Below are positions 1 to 8,631 of a stretch of DNA of 64,000 nt, piece after piece. The DNA is taken from the IMG/VR virus record IMGVR_UViG_3300033547_000001, positions 10,014-74,013 of that record. One strand, given 5' to 3'. Each line of letters starts with the position of its first letter. The first letter of the stretch is position 1. Position numbers and translations under genes: made by a program. This stretch comes from a virus. Lineage: Duplodnaviria; Caudoviricetes. The notes below the pieces were generated by a model. The model made no database searches and was not told the DNA's origin. It saw only the letters and a program-made list of their open reading frames with translations.

Positions 1-579
1 GTGACCATGAGGGGGATGCTCACCGCGCTGAAGACCGGCGAGGAAACGGTCGAGACGATCTTCGGCCGAGGCGCCGGCCAGGCGCAGCACGAGACCGTCC
101 AGAATCCGCTTAAGGATGACCCGATCAGCACCGGATTAAAGACGGTCGACCGTATCAACCATGATGCTGGCATTAAGCAGGTCGACCCCCCGGCAGATAT
201 CTCCGAAAAACTGGCCGAAAGGTCCGAAACGGCCTCAAATGAGGCGGCAAAAACTGACATGGGCTCCCAAGGCTCAGAGAAGCCCGCTGAGCAGGGTCAG
301 ACCGAGTCCGCTGTCAATGGCCAGTCCTCCCAAACCACCGCACGGTCGCCCGCGGCTGGCCAGCAGGCATCGCCCTACGAGCAGACCGCCGACGGCTACA
401 CCGGCTACATGCACGACCAGTTCGACAAGGCGACCAGCAAGGCGGCCATCAAGGAGACATGGGCGTCAACCCGGGACGACCGCATGGCCCTGCTCAACGC
501 CGAGGAACTCGGCGAGCTTGAGAAGGACCGCGACGCCGCGCTGAAGCGGATCGACCTCAAGAAGGGCGGAGGGGTGTGA
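1..579 (+). CDS. Partial (5'-truncated) phage protein, possibly the C-terminus of a recombination/annealing-associated protein
   Basis: Frame open from the window edge; RGMLTALKTGEETVETIF motif then a low-complexity linker; stop overlaps next start (GTGATG). Confidence 0.5.
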   Translation: MTMRGMLTALKTGEETVETIFGRGAGQAQHETVQNPLKDDPISTGLKTVDRINHDAGIKQVDPPADISEKLAERSETASNEAAKTDMGSQGSEKPAEQGQTESAVNGQSSQTTARSPAAGQQASPYEQTADGYTGYMHDQFDKATSKAAIKETWASTRDDRMALLNAEELGELEKDRDAALKRIDLKKGGGV

Positions 580-953
580 TGCTGTACCGCCATAAGGGAC
601 GCGGAACGACCTACCGCGTGCTGCACGAGGACGCGATGATGCAATGCTCGAAGGTGCGCGAGCTCGATGACGAGCCGGTGGTAGTCTACCAGAATGTGGT
701 CGACGGCTCCGTCGGAGTTCGGCCTGTCGCAGAGTTCTATGACGGTCGTTTTGAGGCGATGACGCCAAATCCGCCTTCTGAAGTCGAAGTTGACGCCTGC
801 GACGAGCATCGCAGCTACCTGCATGACCACGAGCGGATCCCAGTCGTCGAACCAGAAGATGACGGTCCAGGGGCAGGATGGACTTCTGCCAATCCGCAGC
901 CAGATGGCGTGGAACCGAAGTCAGAGGGCAGATGGAGGGGTAGAACCACATGA
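576..953 (+). CDS. DUF1653-like protein
   Basis: YRHKG..Y.VL...VVVYQ....G.V.VRPV.EF.DGRF pattern. Confidence 0.7.
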   Translation: MMLYRHKGRGTTYRVLHEDAMMQCSKVRELDDEPVVVYQNVVDGSVGVRPVAEFYDGRFEAMTPNPPSEVEVDACDEHRSYLHDHERIPVVEPEDDGPGAGWTSANPQPDGVEPKSEGRWRGRTT

Positions 954-1198
954 TCGCGTTTTCTGAACCGGATCGCGCGCATCAGCGCGAGCATCTGATC
1001 GCCGCCCGCGGCGCCGAGTACCGCGCCGGCTTCATGAGTGAGGCGCAGTTCTACGCCTACCTGTTCTCGATGGGAAAACGCGGCGAGGACATCACTCGCA
1101 CGATGCGCGAGTACGACCCGCCGACGCGGCGATCGTGGGAGGACTGTCGCATGGATGAGAGCCGGAAGTGGCTGAAGGATTATCGAAATGGCAGGTGA
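950..1198 (+). CDS. Hypothetical protein
   Basis: ATGA overlap with upstream stop, GGAGG RBS. Confidence 0.65.
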   Translation: MIAFSEPDRAHQREHLIAARGAEYRAGFMSEAQFYAYLFSMGKRGEDITRTMREYDPPTRRSWEDCRMDESRKWLKDYRNGR

Positions 1199-1406
1199 GC
1201 TCTACATCGCTGGCGAGAATATTCCGGCCGGGCATGACGTGGTCGTGCGACATGGGGTCCTAAGTTTTGGATACAGGGTCGTCGACGGCGTCGGGCCTAT
1301 CGGGAGAGGCTTGCGCGGACCTACCATCGGCGTCGCCGTTGAGAGCCTGCGCGAGGGTTTCAAGATCCTCGTTCGCGATGGCGAAGCTTCCGAGGACGAT
1401 GCCTAA
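1188..1406 (+). CDS. Hypothetical protein
   Basis: Operonic, overlaps upstream ORF. Confidence 0.6.
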   Translation: MAGELYIAGENIPAGHDVVVRHGVLSFGYRVVDGVGPIGRGLRGPTIGVAVESLREGFKILVRDGEASEDDA

Positions 1407-1510
1407 TGAACTTCAAACCTCAGAGAACTAAGTTCTTCTGCGGCCGCGCGATCGATGGCCCTTTCGAGGGCGACTGGATTGAGAGCGACAGCGCCTACCG
1501 TTCTTCATGA
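1406..1510 (+). CDS. 34-aa micro-ORF (MNFKPQRTKFFCGRAIDGPFEGDWIESDSAYRSS)
   Basis: TAATG coupling to upstream stop; ATGA coupling downstream; not in ORF track. Confidence 0.4.
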   Translation: MNFKPQRTKFFCGRAIDGPFEGDWIESDSAYRSS

Positions 1511-1578
1511 AGCAGATGAGCGGCCGCAAGCCGATCCCCGAGGACCTGATGGTCCGGCAGTTCCCGAGGACAGACTGA
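1507..1578 (+). CDS. 23-aa micro-ORF (MKQMSGRKPIPEDLMVRQFPRTD)
   Basis: ATGA and TGATG coupling on both sides. Confidence 0.35.
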   Translation: MKQMSGRKPIPEDLMVRQFPRTD

Positions 1579-1793
1579 TGGGTTGGCGATTGGCTTCTGA
1601 AGATGAACTTCCCGACAGCTTTCGAGATCCTTGCTGCAAGAAATTTCTGTTTGTCTGCAGCAACGGCTGGGAGGGAGACGTTTCGATCGGATCGGCTTTC
1701 TGGCACAAGCCGAGAAGATATCCGAAGTGCTTCCCGGTTCATGAAGGCGACTCGGTCTGCACCATTGTCTTACTTCGCGAGGAACAGCCATGA
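1578..1793 (+). CDS. Small Cys-rich hypothetical protein (MGWRLASEDELP...)
   Basis: TGATG start; ATGA overlap with exonuclease. Confidence 0.55.
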   Translation: MGWRLASEDELPDSFRDPCCKKFLFVCSNGWEGDVSIGSAFWHKPRRYPKCFPVHEGDSVCTIVLLREEQP

Positions 1794-2518
1794 CTTACAG
1801 ATGCGTGGATCTCGAAACGACCGGACTTCACGACGACGTGCCGACCGGCATCGTCGAGGCAGGCTGGTGCGACGTGCGCTATGACATCATTCATGATCCA
1901 TTGTCCTATCTGGTTAACTGCGAAATCCCGGTGTCGATCGGCGCGCGAGCGGTCCACCACATCAGCGACGCGATGGTCGCCGGCGCCATCGCCCCAGATC
2001 AAGCTGCCGCTAGGATGATGGACGGCATGACCGAGGACGACTTCTTCTGCGCCCATAATATTGACCACGAACGTAAGTACTTCGGTGGCGGTGCCCTTCC
2101 TTGGATCTGTACCTACAAGACGTCGCTGCGCATCTGGCCAGACGCACCGGGCCACAAGCTGATGGAGCTCGCCTACCACCTGAAGATCGACGAGGCCGAG
2201 GACTTCGACCTCGGTCTGGCCCTCCCGCTGCACCGAGCGGCGGGCGACGCCTACGTGTGTGCGCACCTGCTACGCCGGATCCTGAAGGAGGGCGTCAAGA
2301 TCGAACAACTCGTCCGGTGGTCGAGCGGGCCCGCGCTGGTCTACATGTGCTTCCTACGCAAACACAAAGGCAAACCGTGGTCTCAAGTGGCTCGCGAAGA
2401 TCGTTCCTATCTCGAATGGATCATCTCGGACAAATGCGACCTCAAGGACCGCGACATTCTCGCGACCGTGAAGTACTGGCTCAAGCAGACCGCACCGCAA
2501 CCCTCCGGAGGAAACTGA
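1790..2518 (+). CDS. DnaQ/DEDDh 3'-5' exonuclease (ExoX-like)
   Basis: VDLETTG (ExoI), AHNIDHE (ExoII), HRAAGDA (ExoIII), C-terminal KHKGKPWS..YLEWI. Confidence 0.9.
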   Translation: MTYRCVDLETTGLHDDVPTGIVEAGWCDVRYDIIHDPLSYLVNCEIPVSIGARAVHHISDAMVAGAIAPDQAAARMMDGMTEDDFFCAHNIDHERKYFGGGALPWICTYKTSLRIWPDAPGHKLMELAYHLKIDEAEDFDLGLALPLHRAAGDAYVCAHLLRRILKEGVKIEQLVRWSSGPALVYMCFLRKHKGKPWSQVAREDRSYLEWIISDKCDLKDRDILATVKYWLKQTAPQPSGGN

Positions 2519-2523
2519 TTCCA

Positions 2524-4422
2524 ATGACCAAGACTGCCGCGCTGAAGAAGACCGACCTTCAATCCTTTCCCTGCCCGATCGTGGCCATGACCGCTGCGTC
2601 CCAACTGCGCTATGCGGCCGAGGCGCCCCCCGAGCTCGCCCTCCAGGTTCGCAAGAGCGACGACAGCGAAGGCCTCGGTGACCTCGAGGCGTCCGTGCGC
2701 GCGCACGGCGTGATCGTGCCGCTCGTGGTGGTCTCGCACAACGGGGCATTCTACGTGAGCGCCGGCAATCGTCGTTTGAAGGTCATCCGCAAGATATACG
2801 GCGACATCGACGTGCACCTGCCGACCGTCAACTCTGTCGATTTCCGCGGCGACCCGCGCGAAATCGCGATGGCGACCAACGTGTCGCTGCCGCCGCACCC
2901 CGTCGACCGCTACGAGGTGATCGCGTCGCTCGTAAAGGAGGGCATGACGCCGGCGGATGCGCAGCTTCGGTTTGGCATGACGCCGCGCTACTTCGCGCAG
3001 GTCATGAGGCTGGGTTCGCTTTCCCCGACGATCCGTGACCACTACCGCGCCGGCCGGATCGACGGCAAGACGGCGCAAGCCTTCACGCTGTCGAGCGATC
3101 CGAAGGAGCAGGATAGCGTCTTCAATGCCATCGCCAAGAGTGCGTACAAGGGTTTCGTCAACGCCCATGACGTCACCAGCAAGCTCGTCGGCGCGAAGCA
3201 GCACGACGTAGGACGGCTGGTCGCCTTCGTAGGCGTTGAGACGTGCCGGAAGGCGAAGATCCTCAAGCAGGAAGACCTATTCGCCAACAACCACACCGTG
3301 ACGAGCGTCGGCGACCTGAGGAAGCTGGTCGACGCCAAGATGCAGGCGAAGTGCGAGGAGCTTCGTAAAGCAGGCTGGGCATGGGCCTTCGACGAGGACC
3401 ACGTTCCCGGCAACAAGTGGTCGTACTCACTGCTGCCTTCCTCCGCCGCGACCAAGCCGACCGCCTCGGAGCAGCAGTTGCTGGCGCAGATCGAAGCCGA
3501 GGTTCGCAAGAATGACAACGCTGACGAGTTCGATTCCGATCTCGACGACAAGCTCACGGCCGATCGGGACGAGATCAACGAAGGGATCCGTAACCGCACC
3601 TATACCGAAGCACAGCGCGCGAAGGCTGGCTGCTTCTTAAGGATCAACCCAGACGGCTCACTGTCGATCGAGCGCGGCCGGGTGAGGCCCGAGGACGCGA
3701 AGAAGGTTGCAGCATCGGAGAGGCCGAAGAAGGATGCGAAGAAGAAGGCTGCCGCAAAGTCCGGCGAGGCTGCGGTTACGCAGGCCCTGGCCGGAAGGAT
3801 GACGGAGAACCTGCAGAAGGCCGTCGCCTCCGTCCTGGTGCGCGAGCCGGCGATCGCCGCGGCCGCGATCATCGCCGCGTGCGCCAGTGATGGCGCTACG
3901 CTCGATATCAAGGTCGGCGGGGGCTCACACAAGAAGCCTGCGTCGTTCGAGAGCGTATTCGCCGGCGCGGTCAAGACGACGTCGGCCGAGCTCCTGATGA
4001 TGCTAGCGCAGGTCGCCGGCCACGCGCTCGATATCACCAGCAGCAATCCCGATAGGATGCCCCTCGATGACAAGGGGACCGCGGCGCTTCTCAACGCGCT
4101 GCCGCCGACCAAGCTCAACAAGGCGATCAGGGACAGCTTCGACGCAAAGGACTACTTCGGCGGGATAAGCATCGCGGCGATCACCGACGCAGTGCGCGAA
4201 GCCATGGGTGACGACCACGCCCGCCTCGTATCGAAGCACGGCAAGGCCGACGCGGCGAAGTACGCGGCCGCCAACGTCCCGGCGACAGGCTGGCTGCCGA
4301 AGCACCTGAGAACCGCGCATTACGATGGGCCGGCCAAGGCTGACCCGAGTCCCAAGGTCAAGGCCATTCCTGCCAAGAAGGCGACAAAGAAACCGATGGC
4401 CAAGAAAGCAGCGAAGCGCTAA
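2524..4422 (+). CDS. ParB/RepB/Spo0J-family protein with long C-terminal region
   Basis: LEASVRAHGVIVPLVV..AGNRRL ParB box, HTH (DAQLRFGMTPRYFAQVMRLGSL), Lys/Ala-rich tail; ATG at 2524 follows exonuclease stop. Confidence 0.85.
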   Translation: MTKTAALKKTDLQSFPCPIVAMTAASQLRYAAEAPPELALQVRKSDDSEGLGDLEASVRAHGVIVPLVVVSHNGAFYVSAGNRRLKVIRKIYGDIDVHLPTVNSVDFRGDPREIAMATNVSLPPHPVDRYEVIASLVKEGMTPADAQLRFGMTPRYFAQVMRLGSLSPTIRDHYRAGRIDGKTAQAFTLSSDPKEQDSVFNAIAKSAYKGFVNAHDVTSKLVGAKQHDVGRLVAFVGVETCRKAKILKQEDLFANNHTVTSVGDLRKLVDAKMQAKCEELRKAGWAWAFDEDHVPGNKWSYSLLPSSAATKPTASEQQLLAQIEAEVRKNDNADEFDSDLDDKLTADRDEINEGIRNRTYTEAQRAKAGCFLRINPDGSLSIERGRVRPEDAKKVAASERPKKDAKKKAAAKSGEAAVTQALAGRMTENLQKAVASVLVREPAIAAAAIIAACASDGATLDIKVGGGSHKKPASFESVFAGAVKTTSAELLMMLAQVAGHALDITSSNPDRMPLDDKGTAALLNALPPTKLNKAIRDSFDAKDYFGGISIAAITDAVREAMGDDHARLVSKHGKADAAKYAAANVPATGWLPKHLRTAHYDGPAKADPSPKVKAIPAKKATKKPMAKKAAKR

Positions 4423-4455
4423 TGAGCTGCTTCGCTCGATGGAGGAAAGACGTCG

Positions 4456-5046
4456 ATGCTTGATAGACATTATCCGCTAATCTGGCCGCACGATGAGCCT
4501 CGGACCCCGGCATACGAACGTCGACAGTCGTCCCATTTCGATGTCGGCCAAGTCAGGACCCATCGGGATATCGACGATGCACTCAGGAAATTAGAGGCGA
4601 CCAATCCGATCCTGTGCTCGAATATGCCCGTCCGATCGCGCGACGCCATGAACAAGTGGAAGGACGACCCGGGTGCTGCGCTCTACTTCAAGATCGGACC
4701 GCGCAGTATATCGATTTGCTGTGACCTCTACGCCAGGCCCGACGACAACGTTCGGGCGGTCTACAAGATCATCGAGGCGATGCGCACAATCGAGCGCTAT
4801 GGCGGACGCGCTCTCTCCCAGAAGGCGTTCACGGGCTTCGTGGCATTGCCGCCCCCGCCCGACGTCTGGAAGATGCTGGGCCTCAGCAAGGGGATCGCCG
4901 AGGCACTGAACGAACGGATGCGCCGCGAGTACGTGATGGACGGGTTCCGCGACCGGGTGAAGGACGGCCACGCCAACGGCGCGGACATGGCCGCACTGGT
5001 CGAGGCGCGCGATGAGGCTCTCAAACAGATGGGGATAGCATCATGA
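4456..5046 (+). CDS. Phage J-domain-associated protein with degenerate J domain
   Basis: WP..EPRTP, DPGAALYF, CDLY....DNVRAV..IIEAMR.IERYG, AFTGFVALPPP, W..LG, MAAL.EARDEAL; HPD replaced by HAN. Confidence 0.75.
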   Translation: MLDRHYPLIWPHDEPRTPAYERRQSSHFDVGQVRTHRDIDDALRKLEATNPILCSNMPVRSRDAMNKWKDDPGAALYFKIGPRSISICCDLYARPDDNVRAVYKIIEAMRTIERYGGRALSQKAFTGFVALPPPPDVWKMLGLSKGIAEALNERMRREYVMDGFRDRVKDGHANGADMAALVEARDEALKQMGIAS

Positions 5047-5267
5047 AGATCGACCAGTTCCCCGATACCGATCATGTCGCAAACGTGTGCCTGCTTCGAT
5101 GCGGCGCAGCAGAATGCCGATATCTCTCGTTCGTTGGTGGCAGTCTTGCCACAGGCTATCAATATTCCTGCGAGAAGAAATCGACACTGAAGAATGCATG
5201 CGATCGCAACGCGGGCCAGCGTGGTTACGGCCTTGGCGACAATTGCGACGGTTTGGACTGGAGATAA
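5043..5267 (+). CDS. Small Cys-rich hypothetical protein
   Basis: ATGA overlap; six Cys. Confidence 0.6.
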   Translation: MKIDQFPDTDHVANVCLLRCGAAECRYLSFVGGSLATGYQYSCEKKSTLKNACDRNAGQRGYGLGDNCDGLDWR

Positions 5268-5390
5268 AGTTCGGGGAGTGCGCCGGCGGTGGCTTTCCTC
5301 CGGCGTCGGTGATCTCCCTGAAGGGGGCGGCTGGAGGGTTCATAACCCGACCCAGCCGCCCTTGCTAAAGTTTCAACGGAGACGAAGTCG

Positions 5391-5588
5391 ATGACCTACA
5401 GCGGCCGCGGAATCTACCACTGCGACACTTGTCCTGAACATATCGACACCGAGGAGCAGGACTTCGGCGCATGCCTCGCCGCCCTGAAGCAAAAGGGATG
5501 GCGAACCTACAAGGGTCCGGACGGATTGTGGGCTCATAGTTGCCCGAGTTGCACCGAGGACTTCGCAAAAGAGAAACGCCGGCAATGA
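5391..5588 (+). CDS. Small zinc-ribbon protein
   Basis: CDTC and CPSC pairs; GGAG RBS. Confidence 0.7.
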   Translation: MTYSGRGIYHCDTCPEHIDTEEQDFGACLAALKQKGWRTYKGPDGLWAHSCPSCTEDFAKEKRRQ

Positions 5589-5827
5589 GTCTAACTGAAG
5601 GGAAGAAGCTCCGGGGTTGGGCAATTCGAGCCCGCATTATCACCTGTTCCTGGTGTGGCGATCCAGTCGTGCCCAACGGTCCTAGGATGCGGATCATTCA
5701 ATCCGAGACGATCAGGTGCAGCGGCAAATGGATCGCCCACTTCCATCCGGACTGCGGAGACGCATTGCTAGATTATTGCGAGGTTCGCGGCATGGACGGA
5801 CTGCGGAGATCGGAGCAGAGGCGATGA
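5585..5827 (+). CDS. Small zinc-binding protein
   Basis: CSWC...HPDC; ATGA overlaps at both ends. Confidence 0.6.
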   Translation: MSLTEGKKLRGWAIRARIITCSWCGDPVVPNGPRMRIIQSETIRCSGKWIAHFHPDCGDALLDYCEVRGMDGLRRSEQRR

Positions 5828-6216
5828 GTTTTATGATTGATGATGAGAATGGCATCGTTCAAACCGTTCACCTTTTCTCTGCGCTTCAAATCGATATTCA
5901 CGAGCGCAATCGAAAGTGGTGGTACGATCAAGAAGGCATTAAGCTTGACCGCAATAAGGGCGAGCTTTTGGCGTTGGTTCACTCGGAAATATCTGAATGT
6001 TTGGAAGGCGTCAGAAAAAACTGCATGGACGATCATTTGCCAAATCGCAAGATGGAGGAAGTTGAACTAGCCGATGCCGTCATCCGAATCTTGGATTATG
6101 CGGAGGCATTCTCGCTGAATGTCGGGGCTGCATTAATTGAAAAGTTGAGGTTCAACGAAACGCGTGAAGATCACAAGATTGAGGCGCGCGAAAAAGCAAA
6201 CGGAAAGAAGTTCTAG
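5824..6216 (+). CDS. MazG-like/all-alpha NTP pyrophosphohydrolase
   Basis: LALVHSEISECLEGVRK...EEVELADAVIRILD...KLRFN..R; visibly more AT-rich than flanks. Confidence 0.85.
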   Translation: MSFMIDDENGIVQTVHLFSALQIDIHERNRKWWYDQEGIKLDRNKGELLALVHSEISECLEGVRKNCMDDHLPNRKMEEVELADAVIRILDYAEAFSLNVGAALIEKLRFNETREDHKIEAREKANGKKF

Positions 6217-6218
6217 CC

Positions 6219-6496
6219 ATGACCGACCCCACCGAAGCGATCAGCGAGGCCAGAGAGCAAATTTTGGCTGGAATTAGCAAATATGAAATGGCCGAGCGCG
6301 GCTATACAGTTCCGATCGAATTCCACGCCGCCGCGCGAAATGCGATCTCGCCCTGGTGCTTCACGATAAGGGCGTCGACAACTCGGCGATCGCCGAGCGC
6401 CTCGGGATCAAGTCCTACCACGTAAATTCGTACTTAGAAGCTGGCCGGAAGCGACGCGCAGCACGGCAGAAGGCGAAGCATGAAACTGGGACCTAA
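6219..6496 (+). pseudogene. Possible frameshifted HTH protein
   Basis: ORF 6219-6425 degrades after about codon 35; the -1 frame reads LHDKGVDNSAIAERLGIKSYHVNSYLEAGRKRR (HTH-like) with no ATG of its own. Confidence 0.4.
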
Positions 6497-6686
6497 GCCG
6501 GGCTTCGATTGGGCGCACGTCACATGGGGAAAGCCGGACTCCGTGCGCTCTGCGCTTTGTTCGTACTGTTCGGCCGGTATCAACGATGACAGCGTCCCGC
6601 TGATCTTGTGCCGCGGCGACGACTACGTCGCGCAGTTCTGCGATTCGTGTCAGTCAACTTGGTGGGGGATAACGAGCCATGGATGA
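6480..6686 (+). CDS. Small zinc-binding protein
   Basis: CSYC and CDSC pairs. Confidence 0.65.
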   Translation: MKLGPKPGFDWAHVTWGKPDSVRSALCSYCSAGINDDSVPLILCRGDDYVAQFCDSCQSTWWGITSHG

Positions 6687-7053
6687 CATCACCACAATCA
6701 CCGCGCCAGTCACCGACGACGAGTTCACCGCGATCGTCGAGAGGCTGCAGAACAGCATCAGAACGTGGAAAGGCAACGAGACCTACCGCAGATCTCTTGA
6801 AGCCGAACTCCACATGATCCACCAGTTCAGGCGACTCGACCTCGGCGTGCGCGCGATCAGGCGCGCGACGGTCACCGGCAGCGTGTGCGACGACGTCGCG
6901 TGGTTCGACACCATTACCACGCTATTCGATTATTGTTCGACCCTGCTGGGCGACGATGTGGACGTAGGCGCGTTGGTCGCTGCCTATCCGCACCCATCGC
7001 GGCGGCCAAAGACTCAAGCGACGCCACCGAAAAGGAGGAGGACAGCACCATGA
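6679..7053 (+). CDS. Hypothetical protein
   Basis: Operonic overlap with neighbours. Confidence 0.65.
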   Translation: MDDITTITAPVTDDEFTAIVERLQNSIRTWKGNETYRRSLEAELHMIHQFRRLDLGVRAIRRATVTGSVCDDVAWFDTITTLFDYCSTLLGDDVDVGALVAAYPHPSRRPKTQATPPKRRRTAP

Positions 7054-7334
7054 GCAACAGCAACACCGGCACCCATTACGAGTTTCGCGCCATCGTCCGG
7101 AAGGTCGAGGAGAGGTTCGCGAGGTCCTACGACGCCAAGAAACTTGGCGAGGCCAATGTCGAGTCGCAGGCCGAGTACACGACCACGAGCACCGGCTGGT
7201 GGGTGCTCCTCGAAGGGTGGCCCGTCGCGATGCGGTTCGGCAACCTCAAGCCCCTCGTCAAGGAGGGGGACACCATGTGCATCGTCATGCACGTCATCAC
7301 CCTGGTCGGCGCCAATGCGCCGGCTGCAACCTGA
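7050..7334 (+). CDS. Hypothetical protein (MSNSNTGTH...)
   Basis: AAGGAGGAGG RBS; ATGA overlap. Confidence 0.7.
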   Translation: MSNSNTGTHYEFRAIVRKVEERFARSYDAKKLGEANVESQAEYTTTSTGWWVLLEGWPVAMRFGNLKPLVKEGDTMCIVMHVITLVGANAPAAT

Positions 7335-7343
7335 GGAGACCAC

Positions 7344-7736
7344 ATGCGAACAACCACCATTGCCGCGGCCTACGTCCTGACCAGACTCGTGCTCGGCATA
7401 TCTCCGGCGCACGCCGTCGACTTCTCACAGCCGCTCAAGCAGATCGACGGCAAGGAGTTCTCCGACCACGCGACCCTGGGGACCGTCTGCGAGGCGGCGC
7501 TCGGCGCCGACTACCCCGACGAGCGGCAGCAGGGGGCGACGCCCGCCCTCTCGACTGAGAAGTACCGCAGGTTCCTCCTGGCCGTGAAGATCCACGACCA
7601 TCCTGTTGACCCCGCCCTCTCGGTCGAGGAAATCGCGACGATCAAGACTTTGGTGGGGAAAGCCTACCCTCCGAACATCATGGGGCCGGCCTGGATCCTG
7701 CTGGACCCGCCGAAGAACGGGATCGATAAGCCTTGA
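7344..7736 (+). CDS. Predicted exported protein
   Basis: GAGGAG RBS; N-terminal hydrophobic stretch ending in AHA. Confidence 0.7.
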   Translation: MRTTTIAAAYVLTRLVLGISPAHAVDFSQPLKQIDGKEFSDHATLGTVCEAALGADYPDERQQGATPALSTEKYRRFLLAVKIHDHPVDPALSVEEIATIKTLVGKAYPPNIMGPAWILLDPPKNGIDKP

Positions 7737-7737
7737 A

Positions 7738-8517
7738 ATGACGAAACCATTGGCCATCGATCTTTATTGCGGCTTGGGTGGATGGTCGGAAGGCCTCCTC
7801 GCCGAGGGATACGATGTGATCGGATTCGACATCGAACAACACGTCTATGGCGAGCACCGCTATCCGGCCCAGCTCGTCGTGCAGGATGTTCTGACGCTGC
7901 ACGGATCGCAGTTCCGCGGTGCTGATCTGATCGTGGCCTCGCCACCGTGCCAGGAATTTTCGTACATGGCGATGCCCTGGAGCCGCGGGAAGGCCAAGGC
8001 TGCCGCGATCCGCGCCGATGCCTCGGGCCAAGCGCTCGCCGACCTGACCCGGCTGTTCGACGCCTGCTTCCGCCTCCAGCGCGAAGCCTGCGCCGCAGCG
8101 GGTCGGCCTATCCCGATGGTGGTCGAAAACGTGCGCGGTGCCCAGCCTTGGGTTGGCCGGGCTCGGTGGCAATTTGGACCATTTGCCTTATGGGGCGATG
8201 TTCCGGCGCTTATGCCGATCACGCTGAAGGCCAGCAAGGTTCCCGGCTTCCGCTTCGATGGCGGTGGCAAGAGCTTTCAATCGGCTTCCGTCAAACGATC
8301 GTCCCGCTGTGACTGCCAGCATCCAGAGACCACGCCCAGCGGCATCAAAGGCGGCGAGGCCAGGAAGGTTGGCGGGGGTTGGTTCGGCGTCGGCAACGAT
8401 CGATCACCGATGCGACAGCACTCGTCCAAGTCGTCCGCCCGCAAGATGGCCTCTGCCATGATCGCCAAGATCCCTCTGCCGCTGAGCCAGCATATCGCCA
8501 GGACTTTCCACCCCTAG
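7738..8517 (+). CDS. Short C5 cytosine DNA methyltransferase-like protein
   Basis: IDLYCGLGG (motif I), SPPCQEFS (IV), VVENV (VI), C-terminal IAKIPLPLSQHIA helix. Confidence 0.8.
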   Translation: MTKPLAIDLYCGLGGWSEGLLAEGYDVIGFDIEQHVYGEHRYPAQLVVQDVLTLHGSQFRGADLIVASPPCQEFSYMAMPWSRGKAKAAAIRADASGQALADLTRLFDACFRLQREACAAAGRPIPMVVENVRGAQPWVGRARWQFGPFALWGDVPALMPITLKASKVPGFRFDGGGKSFQSASVKRSSRCDCQHPETTPSGIKGGEARKVGGGWFGVGNDRSPMRQHSSKSSARKMASAMIAKIPLPLSQHIARTFHP

Positions 8518-8631
8518 AAGGCCCGACGTCGGGCCAGAAACGGGGTCTGGGCTCGTTATTCCGGAGTCCGCGCTACCACCGTAGCCAAAAAACGGAGATG
8601 ATCTTCTTTGGTCGTCTCGGGGAAGGGTTCC

